Of a DNA stretch of 64,000 nucleotides, positions 50,068 to 64,000 are shown piece after piece. The stretch lies in contig CM120648.1 of the NCBI GenBank assembly GCA_051362555.1, forward strand, positions 20,270,587-20,334,586, given 5' to 3'. The notes under the pieces are model-generated. The model was not told the origin of the DNA. It ran no database searches and worked only from the letters and a program-made list of their open reading frames with translations. How positions within the stretch are numbered: the first letter of the stretch is position 1; each line of letters opens with the position of its first letter. A program made the translations under genes and the position numbers. This DNA comes from Lingula anatina. Taxonomy: Eukaryota; Animalia; Brachiopoda.

Positions 50068-53000
50068 TATATATAAACGTCATAGGATTCAAAAGAAAAG
50101 ACATGTTTAACCTTTAAGGGAAAATAAGCGGCCTCGGAGCATCAATTGTGTTGTAAAACTGCCGCAATTACTCATGTATGAAGAGCTGTAGTACTTTGAA
50201 GTCTCTGCTTACTAGTAAATGCATTTCACTAGCAACCAAATTTTGACTGATATTGGTGGAATCAAAAATTTATTAATTCTAAGATATATCAAAGATTACA
50301 CGGCCCTTTCAATTCATAGCAACTCTATAAATATGTATGTCGGTAGGTCAGTAGTATGTCAGAACAGGGAACTGTCCTGACATCATAGGCATTGAGTTAG
50401 AATTACAAGCTCACGTGCTAGAACCAAAATGTGGATATTATAATTGTATCAGTAGCTACCAGAGAGACACAGCAGAAATATGTCTTTTCTGATGGAAGCG
50501 AGTTTAGGCATGGTAATTAATAAATCTCTTTAGGGCACACCAGTCAGTCCAGTTCTGAGTTGGCAAATAATATGGCAATGAACTAGACCCTGGAGGCTAA
50601 GCAAGGAAGGATGGCAGGCATTGGTCAACCGCCCCACCCCTGTCAGTAACTGTCATTTACTTACCTAGAATATTATCATCCTGAAATTTATCCGAGATGA
50701 TGGTCTCTGTAGGTGGTATCATCCGGTTTGATTCCTGCCGTTTCGTTTCAGCGACCAGTTCGACATTCGATCCTTTTTCCCGACCCACACCTGAACGAAA
50801 TACAAGGTACTATACAGAGGCTTCTGAGCTACACATAATATTGATATTTCAATCAAAATATCTAGGAGAAGATCACCATTATATTAATGTTTCAATTCTT
50901 AAAGGGATAATAACTCTTTGTGTGAGATCTATATTTCACAATAAAAACATTGTGAACAACTCATAGAAATATATTCTGTTGTACCACAAAAACGGCACTT
51001 ATAGCTATTACTCTGATATCTGAGCTTGTCTTTAGACCACGTGACCTCCATTGATGGCTATACTCTGTAATAATCACTTAAGAGATCATAACAAGAAACA
51101 AACTTTTTAGAAAAAAAAACAAGGGACTAACTTTGAATGTAAAAATGGGTTCATTAACCATTAGCAAGTTTGGAAAAATTGTTGTTTACTACAGGAAAAT
51201 TCATTTTTTGCCAAAACGAAGAGTTATTATCCCTTTAAGTCTCACCTTCACATTTGTCATGGTGTCTTTTGGATCCAGTAAGATTTTTCCCCTTGTCAGA
51301 TTTTTCACCTTCTTTGGAAGAGGGCCTAAAAGGCATAATCACGAAATTGACAATGATAAGAGAACCCCATCGAAAAGGACGTGAAACCAATGACAGAAGG
51401 CACATAGTTCATTTAAACATTCCTCCCCTAGCTTTACCTCCCATGTTACACTGAGGATGGACCGGAAAGAGGTACTTTTTATAACAATACGTTCCGTCAC
51501 CGCTATATTGGTGGCAGCGAAGTACGAGCTCACTTATCTGAAAACATGTCCCGTATAGTTTTTGTCCTACTCGCCAATTACTCGTTTATTCAGTTATCCA
51601 TAGCTAGAGAGCAAGGAGTTATTATTTTTAATTTCTTTAACAAAAAATGTTTTGGTACAGCATTTCACACATGTACATCACTGAATTATTGAATTATCAT
51701 TGAATAAATTATATGTTTTTGGTTTGTGGCTTCTGATGCCTTTACTGTGATGTTTTACGATCAGAGCCGCATTTGAAATTATTTTATCGTGTATCCATCT
51801 CTTGTCAATTCGAAGACAGTAATTTTTCTCCTACAGTACTCACCAAGTACGAAAGATGTGTACACACATGGGATCCTCAGAATATGGCTGCCAGAAAAAT
51901 ATATCTGAAAATGAATTGAACTAGTGATTATTTTAGTGGATCTGTGATTCTCAGGTCAAGTGTGGCTTTATAACTGAAAATATCTACCACCAAAATCTCA
52001 CTCAATAGTCTATGTTTATATTTCACACGAATATGTGCCCTCTACGGTTGTCAGACTATGGGACAGATAGATAGATAGATGCCCACTCTGGTTGTTAATC
52101 ATTGGCAAACCGGCCAATCAGTGCACAGTAGATTCTTACTCCTCCTCGTCATTTTAGGTAGAATCAGTGAGATATTTGGGTGCATTGACTAGTACTAGTA
52201 GGTAGGTTTACATAGTGTTAGTATTAAGCTTACTCGTGGGACAAGACTGGTAGTATTTGATCTCCAAAACGTTTGTCATTGTTGTCGATGGATTGCTATA
52301 GGAATAATTATGTTTCAACGACATAAATCACGCACATAAACATTACAGATGACATTACATTTTCCACTACTATGCCTGGGTTTTAATTGCTAATTAATGC
52401 GTGTTGTAACTTCTCTCTGCTAATGTAATTCGGCCTTAAAACATTTTAACGTATGGCAGAACGTGTCAGTTGTCATGCCCTCCCCGTATCATCGTATTAA
52501 TCAGCGGGTCAAATGATAATACCGTATAGCTGATCCTCCCTCTCCACCGCAGATAGGGCAGGTACTGAGTTCAAATTAATACCGTATTCGTTCAAAGTGC
52601 AATTCTTACGAAACAGTTTGTTGCATCTCTGTCTCATGTAGCTACTGATTAAGTCCGATGAGGCCATTGCTGCTTAAATTGCTGTACCCAGCTGATATAG
52701 AACCTTTTGCACTCATATGCAATTAAGAATACTTGCAGGGTTTATGATCATCAGAATACCGAAAATTAAGTTTCCAGTGCATCTTATTATCCAGCAATAC
52801 ACCTTCACTACACTACAACTAAATCAGAAAAAAATCATAAAATGTACACGTTCATATTCCATGTTGCTAAGCATAAGTATAAGCTCTTGGAAGCAATTAT
52901 CGGTGATTTCTATATTGAGGTAAGAAAACAAAGGGTACAGGGCGGTACAGGACATCATCCCAGAGAAAGATCTTATTAAAATTGGCAGAAGTGATGAGAA

Positions 53001-53604
53001 GTGTATGGCCTTTATTTCCTTGCCGTCATTTTGGTTGTTTTTGTCTTGTTATGAACCCCTGATTACAAATTTTCATTCAACAAACAGGCATTGTTTTGCT
53101 TAAAGTAAATAGCGCGGGAAATTCCTTTGGCTGATGTCCATTTAAAAACTGGATGGGGCGGAGGTAAAAATTGCAGTATTCAATTTTGGATCATAAAGGT
53201 TACCCTGTGTTTTGTTATGAAAGCTGAATTTTCCCCAAGACTGAGCTGCATAATACGTAATACCTTGGTTTCTTTGTTTATTTAGTTTATTTGAAAAAAA
53301 TAAAATATTGATTTTCAGTTTTGTCGTTATTTTGTATTTTATATAGAATTCTGAGCAGAAATTCTGCCTGATTTCAATTTAATTTATTGCATTGTGTGTC
53401 CAGCCACTTTAGACCCTGAAAACTGTTTATGAGTGCTATCAACTCAAGACTCCATGTGCTAGCCGAACTAACTTATTTAAGATATCACTACGCAGAGTGA
53501 TTAGGTTGTAGTGTGCGCTAGGGTTATAGGAATATGTATATACGTAGAACAAAGTAGTTCTATTTACAAAAACGACCTATTTGTTCTGCCTGTTGAGATA
53601 TTAA

Positions 53605-56600
53605 GTGTGTGTCCACAAGAAAACCAGACCAAATGTAGAAAATGCGGCAAGGCGGGGGTGAACGGATTTACACCATATTTGGTGGGTTTGAACCTTTATA
53701 TGAACTATATCTGAGGCTGCAATATTTCCTGAAACAAATCCCTACTTACAGAGATATGGCCAGTGAAAATATGTGGGGTTTATCAACCAAAACTCCATCT
53801 GAAAAACAGGGTTATATTGATTGGCCTTACAGTTTATACAGGTCTCACTAAATGATTTACTTTGGTGATATATTATAACCTAAAGATATGGGGATTAAAA
53901 TGACATACAATTTTTCAATCTCTTTGTTTCCATGGTAATAAACCAAACGTTTTTCTCAGGGCTACGAACCACATGCTTTGAACACCCCCCTTCTAATTTT
54001 GACAATATCTTCATCTTCACAGGTCTTTGGGTGTTCAGGACTAATAGATAACTCATTAATCTATTTATACATGAAATCAAAACTTACTGCTGTTCTACAA
54101 CTTGTCCGTTGTAACAGATAGAACATGACCTAATTTCTTAATTTTTCATATTATATCCGGACACATATATCGGTGCACTCAACTTCTTTCAAGTCAACAA
54201 ATGGTCTAAAACACTGTAAGTCGACCTTTTTAGTGTCATTTAACCTATTTTCTCTTTTTTTCTGGTTAAAACAAGCATCTAACACATTTTAAAATCATGT
54301 GAAACTAACGTACTAACGTCAGAACAACACAACGTCATTATCCAACATGGCGGAAATCGCAGACTGTTTCTTTGCGATCTTCCTTAAGGAAGTCGTATAT
54401 GATGTGGTTTATATTCTGCCTACAGATATGAAAAAACATGCAGTGTATTGAAAAATTGCAACAGAGATATCAACAGTCATCTTTGTCGCGTTTACATGAA
54501 GCAAAACAGCGTGAGTTACGAAAGCAAACTGATTCTTGTCAGATGTGGATTATTTTGTCTCCGATGACCGCAATCGGACATTTTCAAGTATCTTGGGAAG
54601 AAATTAATGAGTTACACCATGTGACCAGCACAGAGGTATGGGCTTGGTTTGTGCTGGAAACCATCCACACAGGAAAAAACGAGCCTATAACGAAATATGT
54701 CATGGGATTAACTGGCAGATGTCAGTGGAGACAAAAAGCCATTTACTGGTGACACTTGGTTCAGGTAAGCTACTGGTTTGATAAATATTTTAATACAGGC
54801 CGAAAGCCAGAAAAAAGTTCACTCAGGTTTTTTTAAGAAAAATGACCCCTTTCAAATACTAGTAATGAAATTGCAGCCTAAGGACCTGTGATAATTATAT
54901 CTTTTAAGCTATATTTGTGTGGGCATTTATGTAGGTTTAAGGGTATTTGGGTAAAATAAATTTAAGAGTAACAATTGAAATTAGATTGAAGCTAGGGCTG
55001 GTCTTGGCAAAATTGCTAGGCTCATCATAATTTATATTTGAAACCATGTCTTACTTATTAAACATGGACAAACGGGATGATAAATTTTGTATTATCAATG
55101 TACATGTATCAATTAACTGTAAGTGTTTTCATGTGTCTATAGTAAGCTATATTTATATTTCAGGCATATTTGAGAAGTGTTATTTGATACAAAGTGATCT
55201 TATGGTCAGCAAAAGAGTCCAAAGCCTTGCAGAAACTGAAAACGTCACTGACCAACTGGCTTGAGTGGAAATGACGGATGATGTAGAACGGCATGTACAT
55301 GTAAATGAAAGCCACAATATAACAAATGCTGAGAAGACGCATGAGGCCCTAATTTCTGCAGATGGAGTGAAGGGGTGCTCTTTTGCTGCCATTTTTCTAC
55401 ATCCAGCTAGACGGACATCTTCCAAACCTGCGTGGACAGGAGTGTCCGATTACAACAATTTGGCTTTCTTGATTCCTACAACATGGGAAAATGTGTCTCT
55501 CTTCCTTGAGCAGTTTTAATATGAGTGATACTGATGTTAAAGTTAATTTGGGTTTTCCTGATGCCACTGTGCCAACTGGGTAAATACCAAGCAAGATCAC
55601 AAACAAAATTTTTTCTTGTCCCTGAAGTCTGAAGAGTAATTAACTTTTTTTTTTTTTGAGACCACAGTAATGAAATGTGCCAAAAAACAGCTTTTGATCA
55701 AATAAAGGGGCCAAGAAGTGGGCCAACATTCTAACTAAAGAAAAACAAGCACATCAGCTCTGAGAAAACTCACAACCTCTTGAATGTCTCACTTAGTTAC
55801 ACAATGATTGAGTTTTAAAGTCATCTCAACGTTTGAAACTATATTCAAATAAAGTAAAGGAGTTTTCACTGAAGGAGTTTAGAAAGGCACAAGAAACAGG
55901 CCATCAGGACCTAGCATTTGTGAGCATGAAGATGAGAATGAAATGTCAGTAAGGAGGGTTGCAGAATATTCAGGAAGGACAAATCAGCAGTTATTTTTGA
56001 ATGTATAAAAACTTAAATGTTATGGGCTGCAATGTTTGATATAAAACTGCAAAGATGTTTCATAACTCCAGGATATATTTTGCAGTTGTGTTAGTTTTGC
56101 TTTTTGAATAGAAACTTATCTTGTTTTGCTACATTTTGATATAGTTTGTAATGATCACAACTAATGTTGCACTGCTTTGCTGCTTTTCATAATTTTGTGG
56201 TATTTTTGGTAATCATTCATCTGAGACAACAATAAACTAATTTGAATACTTTTTAGTTACTGTATGCTTATAAATAGTGTGGATGAAAAAAAAAAAACTC
56301 TTGAAAATTAAAAAGATCATTTCTGGCTTTGCTCTCATAAATACTATGGCATATTCTGATCTGCTATGATGAATCTATGATAAATATTGGACCAAAAAGA
56401 AATTCGTTATTAAACTATGATTTTAATTTGTATTCACCAGATTGATGATATTTTTTAAAGAATATTAAAATTATGATGTAAACTCTCAAGTTAATTGCCA
56501 GTGCCTATCCAAAGTAATAGAATCTATGATTTATTTCCTCTAAACTTTTTTTCCTCAGAAATTAAAAAGTCCATATATAGCAATTTACAAAAATGAAGCC

Positions 56601-57314
56601 CAGTGACCTTGACCTATGACCCACTGACCTGATATTCATTAGTACACATCCTCTTTCCATGCTCACCAGCCCTATTAATTAAGTAACATCATCATAGAGC
56701 AAAATGGTATAATAAATTAATCAAACTCATTGTCTACATGGACTTGAATGAATTCACCGCGATTTTTTGCCTTAAAAATGGCCAACTTTGGGGGTATTTT
56801 TCAGTACCTGTTTTAATACAGCAGTAACTTTTGAAACTTGATTTGAAATGATCCATATCTGCCTAAAATATTCATGCAGTTTTAAAGCTGTAAACCCTGT
56901 GAAGATTGAGATATATGCAATTAAAGAAGGTAGTGTCAAAATTGGACATGGGAGAGGGTGTTATAAATGGGTGTGGCTCCCCCAAGCAGGGTCTTATCTG
57001 AATTCTACATATATCTGTGGCAAGCCAAATGATTGTTTTCAATGTTTGTTAGGTTTAATATTTTTTTTAGTTTTCTCCATTTAGTTTAATTTACACAAAA
57101 TATATCATTATTTTTCCAAGGTAAAAATGGGGTCTCAAAGAGGCTACATAAGCCACAACCTATAATAGGCTGTAATTATCCTAAGAAAGGATATATTTGG
57201 GATTCCTTCTTAAATCATCAATAACTTCCCAATATGTCTCCATACAACAAATTTGGTTGAAATCTGCTGACCCCCACCTTGGCACCCTGGGCTGGTTCTC
57301 TCGTGGACAAGCTC
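53605..57314 (+). mobile_element. Sola3-like DNA transposon relic (~3.7 kb)
   Basis: TTAA on both sides; imperfect TIR G(T/A)G..TGTCCAC(A/G)AGA(A/G)AACCAG..CAAGG.GGGGGT..CGGATTT/CAGATTT; right end reads GAG; broken N-terminal transposase exon 54347-54764 (CNRDINSHL..ESKLILVRCGLF..RYGLGLCW) ending at a GTAAGC donor. Confidence 0.65.
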
Positions 57315-57339
57315 TTAAATATAAAGTCGGTCGAGGTTT

Positions 57340-57480
57340 GTTTATACAAGCTCTTGTTGACCCTTGTAATCGAAGTCAGCCAGCTGTGTGTTTGGAAATA
57401 CTATTCATAGCCGCCTGACACAAAAGAGGGGATTTTCCTGACAGTATGTCAACATAATCACCTGATGTTGTGGTATCTTA
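57340..57480 (+). repeat. Diverged copy of the head of the 3.58-kb tandem unit
   Basis: CGCCTGACACAAAAGAGGGGATTTTCCTGACAGTATGTCAACATAATCACCTGAT resembles 1805-1945. Confidence 0.55.
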
Positions 57481-58801
57481 TGTAAACAGCATCAATTTTC
57501 AAACTGACATAAAAGGCGACAGAGCTGCTGAGCCTTATCTTCTATAGCCCTTCAGGTACGCACAATTTGCGTAAAATCCCAAAAGATACCTGGGATCACT
57601 TTATCACTGCATATACTAGTACTTACATGTATGTCGAAAAGAACTAAGGGGAATGTGTAAAGGACAAGTGTAAGACCATGTATGGGGTGGAAACTGCACT
57701 AATAATAAAACAATGAAAATTATTGAGTTAGAGATGCTACAATTTTCATTAGGAATAACATGGAGAATTAGAATGAGAAATGAGATAAGATAAGAGCTGG
57801 TGATTTATTAAACCAACAAAATACAAATGTATAAAATCGGGAATATGTTGCCCTGTAATAGCGCCATTGCTAAATAAAAGGTGGTGCAGGAGGTGAAAAG
57901 GGCGAGAAGGTTTGGTGAGAAAGCACTGGATGTCAGACATAGGGAAGAAACGAATGTACACGTAGGGTAAAATGCTGCCTATGAAATTACAAAGAAAGAA
58001 ACAACGAGGTTGGTGGCAGTAGAGGAGAACCAAACGCAGACCCAATGTGGGCAGATTGGTGGGGGGGGGGTCCGCTCAGATGACAAAAGTTGGGGATCGT
58101 GTTATGCCGAGCGTCCTTGTGACTTCGAGCCCATGCGTCGGTGCAATAGTAATATCGACTATCTATCCTACGTGTAGAACATAAGAGTAAGAAAATTGAA
58201 ACTTTGGAAATTGATAGACTTCACGTAAGAAATACACATGGGCAACATGACATTTTAATGCGCCTTGGGGTTGGTTTGTCACTTGGGTGGATAATTATTA
58301 TACCTTTCACATTGTCATTTTAGCTGTCTCCACTTACACCATTAGAGTGAGGCAGTTAAAACGTTTGGGATTGATTGACGTATCATCAGATACGTGGATT
58401 AGCCTCTTCAAAATTTATGTGCGCGGGGGGGGGGGGGGGGGGGGGCTGTCCCTTGGGCGGATGATTATTTTTCACAATCAGTTTTTTGTATGCACTCTGA
58501 TATGCTCATATCTAATTTCTGTTTGATGTTTTATGATAATTAAGTGCTGCAACCATAACGATGTTTTTTTTAATTTTTAGAGTCCTTATACTGGGTTCCC
58601 CTGCCTAGATCGATTCATCTTAGAAAACGATTGTCGTCAAATTGCTACATGCTTAAAAACGGTTGCGTATACTTAAAAAACACATTAAACGACATAAAAG
58701 TGCCATACCAGTCTACCATACGACACACAAAGCACCATCCATAACAATAACAGGCAGCCGCTGCCCCCCCCCCCCAAAAAAAAAAAATAATAAAAATAAA
58801 A

Positions 58802-58803
<2 letters not shown>

Positions 58804-58856
<53 letters not shown>
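58804..58856. repeat. (TAA)n microsatellite
   Basis: Direct reading. Confidence 0.95.
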
Positions 58857-58859
<3 letters not shown>

Positions 58860-59308
58860 TTAATTAGGAATAAGGCCCAGATAATGTCAAAACTTAAACC
58901 ATAAAAATACCATACCGAGTATAAAAGCCTAGAATAAAACTAAATTTTAGTCAAAAAGTACCCTATACCTAGGCGTTGACTTTCTCTGTTCAGTGTTGAG
59001 CGAAGTCCAAGTTTATATGTACCTTTAGCAGTGCTGCACGACCATCACTTTATTTGACACGTGTTCATTAATAAACACTGTTAAGTGCATTTATACAATG
59101 TTTTTTCAACAAAATGAAACAATATCTAACCTAAGGCAAATAAAACTTATTGTTAAAGGGATCATGCAGAAACAACGTATCGCTCGGACGTTGTGGACCA
59201 GCCCACTGGTTCAATAACTCATATTTCCAGGCTAAAGATCGATGAAGCCGACCTCAGAATATTTCTTAGGTGGAATACTTTATTTATTTGCCCTCCTATG
59301 TGATACAT

Positions 59309-59317
<9 letters not shown>

Positions 59318-59364
<47 letters not shown>
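59318..59364. repeat. (AG)n microsatellite
   Basis: Direct reading. Confidence 0.95.
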
Positions 59365-59367
<3 letters not shown>

Positions 59368-61299
59368 GGGGGGTAAGATGGCTAAACATGATATTGAACG
59401 GCTGGACGGTTCGCTGGGAAAAGCTTTGCCAGGAACGGTATATTTATTCAACTAGGGGCTTACTGACACAGTCTTTGGGTACTTATGCAGATTGTACCTG
59501 CTTGTATCGATCTGAATCCTGAATAACGGTGCGGTACTGTCGTTCGAGGTGGTTTACGGCAGTTATCCTGAGTTGTCAAAAAATAATCTGAAAAACAGTT
59601 GATCATTGTACATGTAGTATTATTACGTCTTATTGTTATTCACTTCGTGATATCCACGGTCAGCTTAATGATGAAGCTTCTAGGTCTGCTGGAGCTGCAT
59701 CTTAAATATAACGCACAGGTAAAATTTTACCTGAGATAATATCGCAAACGAGAGTGCGTTCGATGCACTCAAGAAAAAGGCTACCTGAAAGTTAAAGGGC
59801 ACTTCACCTTCCAGTTTAGAGGTAAAATAAATGTCAGTTAGATGGACTATTAAGATAGGGCTTCTGTAACTAGTACATGCATTGTTTATATTAGTTCTGT
59901 GAAAACAAACCAGAAGTGGTTTCAGAACAATGGCGCGTTTACAATTGATACAAATGATTTGTACATTCAGGTGACGTTAGCTTACAATCGAGGGGGATTT
60001 CCGTAGGCAGTCAGCCAGCATTATTTGAAATAAGAAAACACACCACCATTGATTGTGCCGACGAAGAAAAAGTCCCTTATTGAACAGCTGGCGCGGAGAC
60101 AAACACACACTGCGTTGGTCGCTGTAACTATTTGCAGACCAACTTAAGCGTCAAATCTCATCAAAGTATGCCTCACTGTTAACTTTAGATCGATGTATTG
60201 ACATGAGATTTTAACAATCTGACAAAGAACAAGCAAAGGAATCACATAAACACATGGGTACTTTGAGGAAAATAGGAGATTCAATCCATACAGAAAAACA
60301 ATTTATTTTACTACTGAAAGTCTACATTTTAACATTTAAATCCTTCACCGATTAACCTTTTGCTCCATCACTGTTCTAATTGCTCCATTCTATCAAAGAT
60401 GACCTTAGCGTTTGTCTGACCCTTCATGCTGTGGGTTGAAACATGTACCGGTATATGTTTCTTCTTTGTCACGAAACATAGTTTTTTATTCGCATTTTCA
60501 TTCTATTTGCAATATTTCTGAGAAACAGACATAAACTGAATCTCAGTACACATTTTTTAACAATTTGATACCTTTTTCATTCAACCAAACCAAATCCATG
60601 GTATAATTAGAGAGTTTAAAACTGTCAGTTATAAACACTATCAGTTTCGTTTTAAAACAAAATATACGGAAAAGAATCCCCGTCAATGGAAGATAGTGTT
60701 TGGGGAATTCCGGGGCCCACAGGTTTTGTAGCTCTAGATCTGATATAGCAGTCTGACAATGTGGGAATTCCCAATCCTACACCAAAGGATGCAGTTTTCC
60801 ACACAGATAAAATGGCGAATGTTACACTATTTTAACATAGCTCTTAATAAGGTCAATATTAGTGTGTATAAGTGTAACATGGGTCCCTTACCAAGTTAAT
60901 CAGCACAGGGGACAAGTGCACTGAACCAACCTACAACTTTAAGAGACGACAGCGCTGAATCGTAGTATGCTTACCTTGTTTCTGCCTGCGATAAATGGCG
61001 GTTTTTAATGGCGCTAAGTATTGATTGTGTTGACCAGGAAAAAGTCCCTCAGCGTTCACGTACATATAATACACTGTAATAGGCTTGTTAAGGGGTCAAA
61101 CGCTGCATTTTATAGTATAAATGTCTAACTTGGCATAAATGTTTCTTGGAGCAAAATATTTTTTTATCCATAGAGACACGCTCTTTCGATGCATAAATTG
61201 GCATAATCATTATAAATTATGCAAATTAGGGACCAAATTATAAATATTTCATATTTCATCAGTTTATGCTCTAAAAATGTATAGATTATCAAGCCTGAC

Positions 61300-62370
61300 T
61301 AAATTAGGGACGAGGCAATTGGCAGCCATTTTGTGCCTCAAATCCAAGATGGCCGTCATCCGCCATTTTGAAAGTGTAAATAATTTTGCTATTATATGTA
61401 TATTTTTTTTATCATTTGACCGACATATATGTGCAATATATTGATTCTTATTATTTTGGGGATGCAAAAGTTATTTTTGATATTGTTTTGGTGATAGAAA
61501 GTGCTTTCAGGGTGAAAAGTCAGTATTTTAAATGACTTCCTAGATATATAACCATGGACTTTGATAACCTCAATTTTTTGTCTTATACATTGATACTAAA
61601 CTAAATTATGCAAAAGAAACTTTCGACATTATGGAGGCCACTGATAGCTATTTTGTCCCTCAAAACCAAAAGGGCCGCCAGATACTATTTTGAAAGAAGA
61701 CATTATTCACCATTTTGAAACTATTACACCTTCATACGCGTGTAATACATTGTTTCTTATTATTTTCTGATACATAATATATATTTGGTATTATCTGTCT
61801 CATAAAATTTAAGTACAAGCTATTAAAATCCTCCAAAATAAATATAGGATTCAGTCCTCACATGGGCCTACAATTAGTTGTCTAATTAGTACGTTTGTTT
61901 TCCAGATCTACAATACAAGTGTAAGTAAATTAAATTGTTGAATTTATGCAAAATATGACATCTTTGACTGTATGAGGAAAATTGTTAGCCATCCTTTTGA
62001 TCAAAATCAAGATGGTTGCATGATGCTATTTTAGAAATTTGGTATTATTTACAATTTTTGGATTGTGTGACCTAATTACACTTGTTAAACATCAAATTGG
62101 TACTATTCTGGGGACTGAAAAGTAAGTGGGCTTGCATTTGAATGGTGGTAATGAGTCGTCTTATCATGTTATGGAACTTTGCAAGTTGTGTGAATGTGGT
62201 ATGTTAGGAACATGCAAATGGACTGTTTTGAACTAGCTTCAGACCTTGTCTGCGAAATCAACCAATCCCAGAAGTCCACAGCCAGTAGGAATTGAGAGCT
62301 TTGTTCAGTGTCCTATAAGGAACATGTATTTAGAATACATTAAAATCCAGTTTCTAGAGAAACATTTAAC
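61300..62370. mobile_element. Old DNA-transposon relic, inverted homolog of 36050-37330
   Basis: Colinear reverse-complement similarity blocks. Confidence 0.7.
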
Positions 62371-63489
62371 TGCAAACTCCCGAGCCATGGTCTGTAGTCA
62401 AGGAGAAGTCCTGAATATCCCCTTCGTCCAAACAGAGGAAGAACCGCTGTCATCAACTCTATTACCGCCAAGTGTGTCATCGAATGTGTGCCTGGTTTTT
62501 TCTAATGAAAAGAAAATCCTTCTTCATGGTGTTGATGACAGACTTAGGGTTAAATATCATTCTTGCTAAAGGTGTTGTAGCTGTCACTCATGGTGGTGGT
62601 TTGAAATTTCATTTACTAAGGGGTCAAACCAACTTTGTGATCTTAATGGAAAGGTGAATGCTTGTCCCTGCCGGCAAGTCCCTACGACAAAAGATGGTGC
62701 CGTATACTATAATGCATTTTTTTCCAAAATGGCAATGCCCTACTTCACCGCGTCCACGCAACAAAAGTTTTCAATAAGCAAGATGTTGAGAAACTGGACT
62801 GAAATGTTTATTTTTCTGATTTGAATCCCATAAAGCCTTTCATGAAAGTGAAATCTGTTGATCACAGAAGACTGATGTCTAGCACTGGATGAACTGGCGA
62901 CGATGTTTTACTGAACAAAGTATCTGCTTGACGAAGGACCTGTACTAACTAATTACGAAAAGCCCTCTTTTCAACAGGCGATTGCATTGCATGCAAGTAC
63001 TTCATATCACAAAGTGGATGTATACAGGCAAAATTTTATTCGAGCAAATAGTTCCAAGTAACCCAGCGGGCAAAATATGTTGTTTTAATATTGAAACAAC
63101 GTTGAACCATAACGTTGATGACACGTTTGATTAACATTGGATTTGAAAGTTGACTCAACTTCAGATAACAACATTGTATCAACCCCAGTTGTTAGACAAC
63201 ATTCTTGCATGAAAAGACATTGAAATGACCTGAGGATAGGGTATAAAAGTATGGCCTTTAAGTTAAATCTCCAAGGTTTAGATTAAAATATATTTATTTC
63301 TTTTCTTATATATATAACATTGGTCAAAAAGGTTGTCCCACCCCCATTTCCATGTTCTTTTATTTACAAATGATCACCTCACAGCTGTAAATTTTTAGAA
63401 ATAGTGCTTTTTATTACACATAACGTGTCTAATGTGATTAATAGTTTAAAAAATACAAAATATACATTTTATACTATTTAGTAAAAATT

Positions 63490-64000
63490 ATAATAATAAT
63501 AATAATAATAATATTTATTTATAGTCTAAAATCCAACATGTGTTCAGTAGACTTTACAAAAATTATAAAATTCAAATTAAAAGAAAAATATTGCTAATGG
63601 TTATAAGATGAAAGGATATATAAAATGGATAAAAAAGGGGAAATTTAAAACGATGACTAAGAACAGTTTTTCTTAAGAAGTGTTTTTTTTTTTTTAGGAA
63701 TTTAAAGATAATATTGTTTAAAAAGGTGGGTTTTTAGTTCCTTTTTAAAATGTCCAGGGTCCACAATTTGTCTAAGACTGATGGGTAAAATATTCCATTC
63801 TTTTGGTGCTGCAAATTTAAAAGCTTTATCACCGTATGATACTAATCTTGCCTTATAAACCTTAAGAAGAAGGTGATCACCTGATCTGAGATTTCTTGAT
63901 GGCACATAGTGTGAAACAAGCTCATTTAAATAAGAAGGTGCAAGTTTATAAAATGCTGCATGTGCAAATGTTAAAAGTTTGAATAAAATGCGTGCTCGGA
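63490..64000 (-). mobile_element. L2-clade LINE 3' end (RT C-terminus, 3' UTR, (ATT)n tail); runs off the window
   Basis: RARILFKLL..APSYLNELV..YVPSRNLRS..LL.V......YGDKAFKFAAPKEWNILP..LR....FKKELKTHLF; stop at 63702. Confidence 0.9.

Noticed and set aside
59792-60941. Kolobok-like element (TTAAAGG...CTTTAA)
   Set aside because: The ends are not convincing inverted repeats beyond a few bases

Overview
AT-rich animal genomic DNA, probably mollusc or another lophotrochozoan (inferred from repeat types and gene family). There is one host gene: a minus-strand, 8-coding-exon inhibitor-of-apoptosis gene (3 BIR + UBA + RING, ~18.8-24.4 kb) with an unusual N-terminal extension. The rest is dominated by mobile DNA: a ~3.58-kb tandem duplication (1.6-9.0 kb); an internally deleted Tc1-type element carrying a divergent BEN-domain ORF (9.57-11.80 kb); a Harbinger-like shell carrying an SGNH-hydrolase gene (13.8-15.8 kb); a decayed Gypsy element with PNMA-like Gag, a -1 frameshift signal and only a 3' LTR (25.3-32.1 kb); an apparently intact RTEX-like LINE whose ORF1 fuses an RNase H1-type hybrid-binding domain, a coiled coil and an SGNH esterase (38.2-44.2 kb); a piggyBac MITE; a second decayed Tc1; a Sola3-like relic; EnSpm-type MITEs; and an L2 3' end. 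The best candidates for something undescribed are the hybrid-binding-domain LINE ORF1, the BEN-carrying Tc1 and the packaged SGNH gene. All domain calls come from reading motifs by eye; no database search was run.
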